A DNA stretch of 64,000 nt from Escherichia phage UGJNEcP3: sequence record OV876907. One strand, 5' to 3'. The position numbers and the translations under genes were made by a program. Position 1 is the first letter of the stretch, and every line of letters starts with the position of its first letter. The notes beneath the pieces are model-generated. The model ran no database searches, had not been told where the DNA came from, and was given only the letters and a program-made list of their open reading frames with translations. Of the stretch, positions 1 to 6,968 are shown piece by piece.

Positions 1-249
1 TCCGGCATTCAGCGAACTTAAAAGCTCTTTAGCGCCTTGGTGTTCAACTTCTGAAAGCGTACTGTTATCTAACGCAATACTCAATGCATTCTTAGAAGGC
101 ACTGCATTATATTCATTGACATGTTTTTTAATTTCTTTGAAAAGGGTCTTTGCAGGACCCTGGTCAAAATATGAATCATTCATATAAGGCCAAACCTTAG
201 TGAAATAATCACTATTGCCTAGCAGTTGAGCCAAAATAGTTTCTACCAC
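1..249 (-). CDS. 41: DNA helicase gp41, N-terminal part only (gene runs off the window start)
   Basis: Reverse translation of 1..249 reads (M)VETILAQLLGNSDYFTKVWPYMNDSYFDQGPAKTLFKEIKKHVNEYNAVPSKNALSIALDN, colinear with the T4 gp41 N-terminus as I recall it. GTG start preceded by AGGTGG, overlapping the gene 40 stop. Confidence 0.75.
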   Translation of the reverse strand, partial: MVETILAQLLGNSDYFTKVWPYMNDSYFDQGPAKTLFKEIKKHVNEYNAVPSKNALSIALDNSTLSEVEHQGAKELLSSLNAG

Positions 250-572
250 TTCCACCACCTCTTAGATTTAATTTTATCCAGTTCTTCTTGTATTTGCATT
301 GTAACACATTTTTCTACATGAAGCGCTAGCTCTTCTTTTCGGTCTTCGGAAGGTGTTCCGAAATCAACCGACACTTTTCCATCTTTCTCAATAACAATAT
401 TCATCACATAAACGATGTGAGCAGTGCCATCGGGTAAAGTAAGCATAATTTCCTGCTTAACAGAACCCATTGACTTACGGATTATATCTAATGATTTCTC
501 ATAATAACGAGGGTCACTAGGACCCTCTTCGGTATCTTTAACAAAATTATCTAAATCAGATAAATCAGTCAT
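243..572 (-). CDS. 40: gp40-like small protein (position between uvsX and 41)
   Basis: 109 aa ORF; ATG at 570-572 overlaps the uvsX stop; synteny with T4 uvsX-40-41. Sequence not independently recognised. Confidence 0.55.
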   Translation of the reverse strand: MTDLSDLDNFVKDTEEGPSDPRYYEKSLDIIRKSMGSVKQEIMLTLPDGTAHIVYVMNIVIEKDGKVSVDFGTPSEDRKEELALHVEKCVTMQIQEELDKIKSKRWWKW

Positions 573-1737
573 CTAAATCCATCTCTTCTAAATCGTTTTC
601 GATATCAGCAGCGCTTTGGGTATTTCCACCTAATTTAACAGCAACGTTCTTAGAGACGCGAGAGTTAATAAGGTCGTTAACCGCATCGTCAACTTCTTTA
701 ATAGAATTAATTGCACCGAGCTTATACTTATTCTCGATTGCTTCACGGAACGGAGCATGTTTAAACAGCGGTCCCCAGAACTCAACGCAATCGGTAGCTT
801 TAGCACGCCATGCTTTTTCTTCTTGAACCATTTCACCTGTGGTTTCGTCAAGGAATGCACGATTATACCAGCCAGCTTTAGGTTTCACGACAAAGCCGAT
901 ATCAGTAGCCATTTCAAGCAATCCACTGAATGGGTCGATACCACCTTCGAAGTTAACGGTGATAGGGAACGTTGATTTCTCTTTAACCGTACGAGATTTC
1001 TCGGCCTTCAGTGTGAAGTCATAACCTGTGAGCTCGGTACCATCTTTAACCTGACGTTTAGAGATAAAGAATACGGTAGAAGCAGAGTACAGAATACCAG
1101 TACCACCACCCATAATCTCTTTAGGATACATTCCACCAATTTCCATAGCCGTGTGGTTAATTGCTACACAAGGAATATCCTTGATGGTCAGATAAGGCGT
1201 TACGATACGGAACAGAGATTTCAGTGACTTAGCACGAGTCATATCACCTACAACTTTCTCGTTCAAAGCATCTTCGGTTTCTTTCTTAGAAGCAGTGTTA
1301 CCAATAGAGTCGATAAAGATAATAACCTTTTCGCCACGAGTAATTTCTTCTAACTGGTTGGTCATATCAACTTTAAGCTGTTCGACTGACTGGATTGGGG
1401 TATGAACCACACGTTCCAAATCAACACCCATCGAACGGAAATAAGATTCTGAAGCACCAAACTCAGAGTCATAGAACAAACAAATTGCGTCTGGATATTT
1501 CTTCATATATGCCGCAACCATGGTAAGTCCAAACAACGTTTTAAAGTGCTTAGATGGAGCAGCAAAGATTGTCAAACCTGATTGTAAGCCTGCATTCAAC
1601 GCACCACCCAATGCAATATTCAGCATAGGGATACGAGTAGGAACTTCGTCACGACCATTAAACAATTTAGATTTGGTCAGGTCGGCAGTCATTTTAGAAG
1701 TAGAAGCTTTAATCAAACGGGATTTTAAATCAGACAT
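565..1737 (-). CDS. uvsX: UvsX RecA-like recombinase
   Basis: 390 aa; MSDLKSRLIKASTSK N-terminus and overall sequence closely match T4 UvsX as recalled; length matches. Confidence 0.95.
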   Translation of the reverse strand: MSDLKSRLIKASTSKMTADLTKSKLFNGRDEVPTRIPMLNIALGGALNAGLQSGLTIFAAPSKHFKTLFGLTMVAAYMKKYPDAICLFYDSEFGASESYFRSMGVDLERVVHTPIQSVEQLKVDMTNQLEEITRGEKVIIFIDSIGNTASKKETEDALNEKVVGDMTRAKSLKSLFRIVTPYLTIKDIPCVAINHTAMEIGGMYPKEIMGGGTGILYSASTVFFISKRQVKDGTELTGYDFTLKAEKSRTVKEKSTFPITVNFEGGIDPFSGLLEMATDIGFVVKPKAGWYNRAFLDETTGEMVQEEKAWRAKATDCVEFWGPLFKHAPFREAIENKYKLGAINSIKEVDDAVNDLINSRVSKNVAVKLGGNTQSAADIENDLEEMDLDD

Positions 1738-1784
1738 TATATTTTTCCATAGGCATCATTATATTTTACTCACGTTTTAAGATA

Positions 1785-1825
1785 GGGTAATTATATCACT
1801 TCACATTTACAGCGTTAAAGGACCA
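1785..1825 (-). promoter_or_regulatory. Sigma70-type promoter with extended -10 (TGATATAAT) upstream of uvsX
   Basis: Reverse complement of about 1790-1798 is TGATATAAT; TTAACG-like -35 at 17-bp spacing. Confidence 0.5.
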
Positions 1826-2708
1826 CGTCCTCATAACTTGGCATTTCGTGCTCAGAATGGATATGGGCACCGAAATAAATGAATTCAGCTAGACCAGGAT
1901 GGAATACTAAACCAGGATTCTCGTGATAAATGATATGAGGTCTTGATTTCAGAATCTGATAATATTCAACCTTACTAGGTTTGAATTTAATAATCTCTAC
2001 ATCAGGACGATAGTCTTCACGTTTAAATGAATCATTCGGGTCGGTGATATAAAGGCGAGAACCTTCAGCTGCAGCTTGGTCTACAACTCTTTCGAATTGA
2101 TAACATTTATCAGAGATACGGAATGGATGGAAAATACCATCAATTTTAATAGGCGCTAGACCTTCAGAGTAACGCTCAATTACTGCGGGATTAATTACCT
2201 TTTGGTCTACAAAAATCTTATCAGAGGACGCACCTCGTGACACCAGGACGTCTTTCTGGCATTGATTCAGGACTGTAGTATAAATCGAACGTTCAACTGA
2301 GGACACGTCGGTATCAATAAACTCGTCGATATAATAACGAGGAACTTCAGGGTCCATTGTAATGTTAAAGTTGAATTGTACAGTCTGAGTGCCATCATAA
2401 CCTGTGATATCGGTTACTAATCCTGAGCAGTCATAGTATTCGATTAACGAATCAACAACGAACTCGTTTTCAGACCAAAAATGTTTACGAGTTTCATAAG
2501 CATTTTCTTTATACCAAAGCGGTACAAAATTCAGTTCAGGAAATAATTCAATGCATTCTTTGATATCGCTCGAATTTCTAGGATAAGCCAGATAATCACC
2601 TGGGCAAGCACGGTTTAAATGGAGTTGAAAATTACCGTCCTTAAGGACGGCATATTCACCTGTTTCGTAACTACGCATACTGAAAATAGGAACGATAAAC
2701 AGACTCAT
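1815..2708 (-). CDS. Hypothetical protein at the beta-glucosyltransferase position; candidate DNA base-modifying transferase
   Basis: 297 aa; no resemblance to T4 beta-gt as recalled; ATG overlaps the stop of the upstream TS-family gene (ATGA); last gene of the five-gene coupled operon. Confidence 0.6.
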   Translation of the reverse strand: MSLFIVPIFSMRSYETGEYAVLKDGNFQLHLNRACPGDYLAYPRNSSDIKECIELFPELNFVPLWYKENAYETRKHFWSENEFVVDSLIEYYDCSGLVTDITGYDGTQTVQFNFNITMDPEVPRYYIDEFIDTDVSSVERSIYTTVLNQCQKDVLVSRGASSDKIFVDQKVINPAVIERYSEGLAPIKIDGIFHPFRISDKCYQFERVVDQAAAEGSRLYITDPNDSFKREDYRPDVEIIKFKPSKVEYYQILKSRPHIIYHENPGLVFHPGLAEFIYFGAHIHSEHEMPSYEDVVL

Positions 2709-3403
2709 TTCAGGAATCCTCGAACATAGTCAAAATCACGTTCAAATACATGTGCACTAACCATAGTATGGGAATACGTACCCAGACCAACACCACACTG
2801 TTCAGCAATAAAGGCCATCAGTTTACCCTGCAGATAGAAATCCAGCTGCATAACGATAGCACAGTTCTGTGAACGCATATGAGTGTGTGCATACAGACGT
2901 CCATCACGAATATAATATGTCACCGAATCGGTACAAGGATATTCTAAGGATTCGTCAGAATCAAGGAGGGCTTGGTCTTGTTCTTGGAGAATCTGGAACA
3001 CAACTCTTCTTGAGTTAGGCTTCTCTTTAAGCTCTTTAAGTAAGGCTGGGAGTTGGGCCACAATTCGAGGTCCATAGAAAGTGTTGAAGTTTGCAGGCAA
3101 TACGTCACTTTTCGGCTTATCAATGAACTTAGCAACATTAGGGTATTCCTTAAATGCTTCGGCGGCGTCAGTACCACCGGAAATCATAAACTTCCAGAAA
3201 GATTCGGCATAATCATAGTTGATACGATTAATACGAGGGTCGGTGAATTTATAGGTGCTTGCATCCAGAACTTCAACTGAAGCCGAACCAATTTCATAAC
3301 AACGACCGATACGAGAATCAACTGCAAACTGTGGAGCTTCCAGGATTTCTTCGTTCATTTGTTTAAATGCATTTTCAAAACTAACAGCGGTAATGTGTTT
3401 CAT
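2705..3403 (-). CDS. 42: Thymidylate-synthase-family pyrimidine hydroxymethylase, dCMP hydroxymethylase-like (divergent)
   Basis: 232 aa; PNSRR, YPCT (candidate catalytic Cys) and MRSQNCAIVMQLD motifs align with the TS/dCMP-hydroxymethylase pattern; Asp at the position that is Asp in T4 dCH and Asn in TS; syntenic with T4 gene 42 but far more divergent than neighbouring core genes. Confidence 0.75.
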   Translation of the reverse strand: MKHITAVSFENAFKQMNEEILEAPQFAVDSRIGRCYEIGSASVEVLDASTYKFTDPRINRINYDYAESFWKFMISGGTDAAEAFKEYPNVAKFIDKPKSDVLPANFNTFYGPRIVAQLPALLKELKEKPNSRRVVFQILQEQDQALLDSDESLEYPCTDSVTYYIRDGRLYAHTHMRSQNCAIVMQLDFYLQGKLMAFIAEQCGVGLGTYSHTMVSAHVFERDFDYVRGFLK

Positions 3404-3936
3404 TTATTCACCTCATAATTAATGTATTCATTAAGACGTTTTAATTCTACCATATCGACGTTAAGCAAGTTATTATGGCCGTCGTGATTTAAGATTTTAA
3501 ACACGTTTTCAAAACATGTTTCATATTGGCGGATAGTTAGGTTGAACTCATCTTTAGTCAGTTTAATGAGGTCATCTTCAAAGTCTTTATCCAACGGATT
3601 ACGGGTTAAAATAACCTCAATGATATTGAATTCTTTTTTGAAATCAATCCAATCTGCTAGTTCTACATAAGGGTCCATTTCACCACGAAGGAATCCCGAG
3701 TAAACAATATTACTAGGATAACCACGGTCTAGGATGTAAACGAAATTAGGGTCTAAAAACTTATACAACGTCTCGACTAAAGCCTTGTCATTATCAGTTC
3801 CTAACGAAATACATTTACCATTAATCTTTTTAGGAAAATCAATAAGACGATATTTCTTATCAGATAAAAGGGTTTCGATTAAAGTAGACTTCCCGGAATT
3901 ATCCGGGCCGTCTATAACAATGATTTTTGGATTCAT
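3400..3936 (-). CDS. P-loop kinase, polynucleotide-kinase-like
   Basis: 178 aa; Walker A IVIDGPDNSGKST at the N-terminus, similar in layout to the T4 Pnk kinase domain; ATGA-coupled to neighbours on both sides. Confidence 0.7.
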   Translation of the reverse strand: MNPKIIVIDGPDNSGKSTLIETLLSDKKYRLIDFPKKINGKCISLGTDNDKALVETLYKFLDPNFVYILDRGYPSNIVYSGFLRGEMDPYVELADWIDFKKEFNIIEVILTRNPLDKDFEDDLIKLTKDEFNLTIRQYETCFENVFKILNHDGHNNLLNVDMVELKRLNEYINYEVNK

Positions 3937-4292
3937 GGATGATAGGCCTTATAACTATCAAGAGTTCCTTCGCGAACCATTTCTTTAAAGTGGTCAGGAC
4001 GAATTGCTCGGTCATCGATGATAAAAGTATAACTCGGCTTGTGTGTAAGCAAATTGTGATATTTCAATCCAATTTTTTCAAGGTTCTTAACCAATGCAGG
4101 AACTACTTCAACCAAGATTCGGCCTGGGCCGCATGAAGTCATACCACGGGCAGTGAACAATGTAATCTCATGACCTTCATCGTACAGCTTATTAATCATG
4201 GACACCATTTCGGTGTCCGGTTTAAAGTTTTCATAATCACGGTCATCTTGCCAGTGAGTAATGGTATTATCGATGTCAAAGCACAAATGCAT
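3933..4292 (-). CDS. HAD-superfamily phosphatase (Pnk-phosphatase/GmhB-like)
   Basis: Motifs FDIDNT (DxDxT), LFTAR and IIDDR; start placed at the second ATG (4290-4292), which has a GGAAGAAA Shine-Dalgarno, rather than the ORF-track start at 4307. Confidence 0.7.
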   Translation of the reverse strand: MHLCFDIDNTITHWQDDRDYENFKPDTEMVSMINKLYDEGHEITLFTARGMTSCGPGRILVEVVPALVKNLEKIGLKYHNLLTHKPSYTFIIDDRAIRPDHFKEMVREGTLDSYKAYHP

Positions 4293-5965
4293 TAAATTTT
4301 CTTCCATTGTTTGTGGAGTTCAGTAGAACCTGTAGGTTTATATTTTACACCAGTTTCCTGGTCAAGCAAAACCCACTTATCAGGGCATCGAGTGATAATT
4401 TGGGCCGTAATAGGGTCACGAACTTCATCGACAAATTCACCTGTAATAAGCTTACGCTTACGAGGATGCCGCTTCAGCAGCACACTCAGTTGATATAGAC
4501 CGTTGTAATAAGCGCCCAGAGCTTTCAGAGGGTTATTTTTAAAGTAACCTGCCAACGCCATCCAGATAACAGCAATCCAGAGCTTGTGCTTAAATGTACA
4601 CATTGGAATATCATCTAAAGGCATAACCTTTTCAATATCAACGAATACTCGAGTTCCATTACGAGTTAAGCCACCCCATAGAGGGTCAGAGTTAAATTTG
4701 TCATAACCATCGATAGAATAAAGCACCTTAGCTTCATCATAAATCGCAGGGCCTTTAGAACTATTACCAAAATAACCGCGTGGGTCGATGATTTTAATAT
4801 CACCTTCGTCCGACAGCATAATATTACTGTAGTGCGGGTCGCCGTGAATAAGTTGGTACGGTTCTTTATGTTCAGACAGAATTTCTAGTGCATGACGAAG
4901 AAGTTTTTCTGGGTCGCCTACCTTAAAGTCATTGACATGGGTAATGCCCTGTGGAGCAAAGCCTTCAATCAATCCAGCAATAGAAGCATTACGAATAAGG
5001 ACCTTGTCCAATACTTCTTTCTTAACATCGGAATACCATTGCTCATCGGATGGATTATCGATAGTTCCACCAAATGAACGTAATGCACTAATGACCTTAT
5101 AAACCATGAGGACTTTAGTTTCTTTAGACATAAACCGATAGGCATCTGCCATGGTGCGACCAAAGATACGTTCCATTTTAATGAATTCACCTGGAGCAAA
5201 GTCTACAATGCTCGGAACAAATTCAGAATCAATAGAATTATACCAATTGATTTCTTTAGATTGGATTTCTTTACCTAATTCGTTGGTAGGTACTTTAATA
5301 GCCAGATTCTCAGTGAACTCTAATTTATTAAATTCACGGTTAATTTCAGAATCTTCATGGGCCTTAGCCAGTTTCAATTTGTCACCGACATCAACTACAA
5401 AGTCCAGCTTACGTTCGGTCAAATGGACCATCGAATCTAGGTTATCAGCAAGGTCTTCGCCATAATTAGAACGGTTGAAGCCTGTCCAATTAGCCACCTG
5501 ATACAAACCAACCACACCACCGCCAGTACCAATTTCACGCAAGTACGGTTCTTCAAATGTAAAACGACAGTCAGTCCCGTAGGTATAGCAATAGTCGTTA
5601 TCCCACTCAACTTTATGACCCTCAGGAATGATGTCACACCAGTTAAACAAGACGTTATGGCCAATGATATCTTCAGCAATGCAATCGATAGCATGAGCTG
5701 AACCATTAGCCACATCTACGTTACGAATAGTGAATTTAGGCTTATCACTATTAATCATGTTAATGGATTTAATATAGCCTTTAACGAGGTCGTTAAATTT
5801 GCTGTGAATAACCAGAATAATTTCATCTGATTGGTTACTATACAAATCATACAAATGTTTTAATACAGTATGTTGTTTGTAGTTAACCAATACCTTCGGG
5901 ATTTCGTTAGTAATTGGATACAACCGTGAGCCAAGACCCGCGCCTAAAATAACAACCTTTTTCAT
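4292..5965 (-). CDS. Bifunctional sugar-phosphate nucleotidyltransferase / APH-type kinase fusion
   Basis: N-terminus KKVVILGAGLGSRLYPIT is the RmlA/GlmU-type G-x-G-x-R-L nucleotidyltransferase signature; C-terminal half has HGDPHYSNIM and IIDPRG (aminoglycoside/choline/sugar-1-kinase fold). Start trimmed to MKKVVIL (ATG 5963-5965, SD GAGGAA) because a TATAAT -10 overlaps the ORF-track start. Confidence 0.85.
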   Translation of the reverse strand: MKKVVILGAGLGSRLYPITNEIPKVLVNYKQHTVLKHLYDLYSNQSDEIILVIHSKFNDLVKGYIKSINMINSDKPKFTIRNVDVANGSAHAIDCIAEDIIGHNVLFNWCDIIPEGHKVEWDNDYCYTYGTDCRFTFEEPYLREIGTGGGVVGLYQVANWTGFNRSNYGEDLADNLDSMVHLTERKLDFVVDVGDKLKLAKAHEDSEINREFNKLEFTENLAIKVPTNELGKEIQSKEINWYNSIDSEFVPSIVDFAPGEFIKMERIFGRTMADAYRFMSKETKVLMVYKVISALRSFGGTIDNPSDEQWYSDVKKEVLDKVLIRNASIAGLIEGFAPQGITHVNDFKVGDPEKLLRHALEILSEHKEPYQLIHGDPHYSNIMLSDEGDIKIIDPRGYFGNSSKGPAIYDEAKVLYSIDGYDKFNSDPLWGGLTRNGTRVFVDIEKVMPLDDIPMCTFKHKLWIAVIWMALAGYFKNNPLKALGAYYNGLYQLSVLLKRHPRKRKLITGEFVDEVRDPITAQIITRCPDKWVLLDQETGVKYKPTGSTELHKQWKKI

Positions 5966-5984
5966 TATCTGTTCCTCAAGTGAA

Positions 5985-6020
5985 TGTAGGTACATTATAC
6001 ACTATTTTTAATAAATTGGT
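5985..6020 (-). promoter_or_regulatory. Promoter (-10 TATAAT) heading the five-gene modification operon
   Basis: Reverse complement of 5994-5999 is TATAAT, about 30 nt upstream of the nucleotidyltransferase-kinase ATG. Confidence 0.45.
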
Positions 6021-6025
6021 ATTGC

Positions 6026-6526
6026 TTAAATCTTATCTTTACCGATTTCAATACACTGTTCTATTGCCGCCGGTACTTTGGTCTTGAGCTTATCGATTTG
6101 TTTCTTATAATCACGAGCTTTACCGAAGCTCTCGGTTTCGAGCATTTCGTAATAACGAGCCTCGTGGATGGAAATCTGTAGATTGATATGGTTTACGCAC
6201 ATCGCATACAGTTTCTGCTTTTTGTACAAATCATCTTGGCGCTTCATTTCTGCCTGGTGTTTGGCTAGTACCGCTTCACGCTTAGACTCTTGTTCACGTT
6301 GGAATTCGATTTCCCTTTGAGCATATTTTGCACAGTTATTACCACATTGATTATTAGCTCGGGTATACACAAGTCCAGAACCGGCACGGAATTTCATTTC
6401 GCCATCGAATTGTTTCTGTTCAGCTGCGATACGAGCTTTACCAACTTCATCGGCTGAAACTGCATCACCATATTGGACCGCACAACCTGATAGGAGCATA
6501 CTCATTGCGATAATTAACTTTTTCAT
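6026..6526 (-). CDS. Putative lipoprotein
   Basis: 166 aa; N-terminus MKKLIIAMSMLLSGC is a signal peptide with lipobox; SD GAGGAT upstream. Confidence 0.65.
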   Translation of the reverse strand: MKKLIIAMSMLLSGCAVQYGDAVSADEVGKARIAAEQKQFDGEMKFRAGSGLVYTRANNQCGNNCAKYAQREIEFQREQESKREAVLAKHQAEMKRQDDLYKKQKLYAMCVNHINLQISIHEARYYEMLETESFGKARDYKKQIDKLKTKVPAAIEQCIEIGKDKI

Positions 6527-6533
6527 AATATCC

Positions 6534-6671
6534 TCAATTAAAACAGTTATACTTAATTTGTGCTATAAGAATAATCCATCCTATGATTAATGTCGGAATC
6601 ATTGGCGGAATTGCCACTGCCCAATAAACGGTAAAGGCAGCCATTATAAGAAATAAAATAATTATCTTCAT
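6534..6671 (-). CDS. Small hydrophobic membrane protein (imm.1-like position)
   Basis: 45 aa ORF found by hand (MKIIILFLIMAAFTVYWAVAIPPMIPTLIIGWIILIAQIKYNCFN); ATG overlaps the imm stop (ATGA); below the ORF-track size cutoff. Confidence 0.35.
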   Translation of the reverse strand: MKIIILFLIMAAFTVYWAVAIPPMIPTLIIGWIILIAQIKYNCFN

Positions 6672-6904
6672 TGTTTAACGATAATGATTTGTGCGGTTGA
6701 TTTACGTTCAGCGACGATAGCCCAGATTAAAGCCACTACCCAACCAATCATCGTCCATCCTAACAGGAGATTAAGGAAGAAGATTCCGACATTGTTACGA
6801 GTGCCTCGCAGAAGAGCTAGAATCCATGGTAAGAAGTAAGCGATGAACATCATAACCAGAGAACCGAATCCTAAAACACCAGCACTAACGATTAAAGCTT
6901 CCAT
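6668..6904 (-). CDS. imm: Superinfection immunity protein Imm-like membrane protein
   Basis: 78 aa, two predicted TM helices with the N-x-x-x-I-F-x-x-N-x-L-L-G-W-T-x-I-G-W-x-x-A-L-I-W-A pattern typical of the Imm family; directly downstream of gene 43 as in T4. Confidence 0.7.
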   Translation of the reverse strand: MEALIVSAGVLGFGSLVMMFIAYFLPWILALLRGTRNNVGIFFLNLLLGWTMIGWVVALIWAIVAERKSTAQIIIVKQ

Positions 6905-6929
6905 TGTAATTTCCTCTTAAGTAGTTGTT

Positions 6930-6968
6930 AGGAAGGATAATACCACGTTCCATGTGGTATGTAAACAC
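6930..6968 (-). promoter_or_regulatory. Early-type promoter (GTTTAC -35, TATTAT -10) upstream of imm
   Basis: gtaaac at 6961-6966 and ataata at 6937-6942 on the plus strand, read as GTTTAC-N18-TATTAT on the minus strand. Confidence 0.5.
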
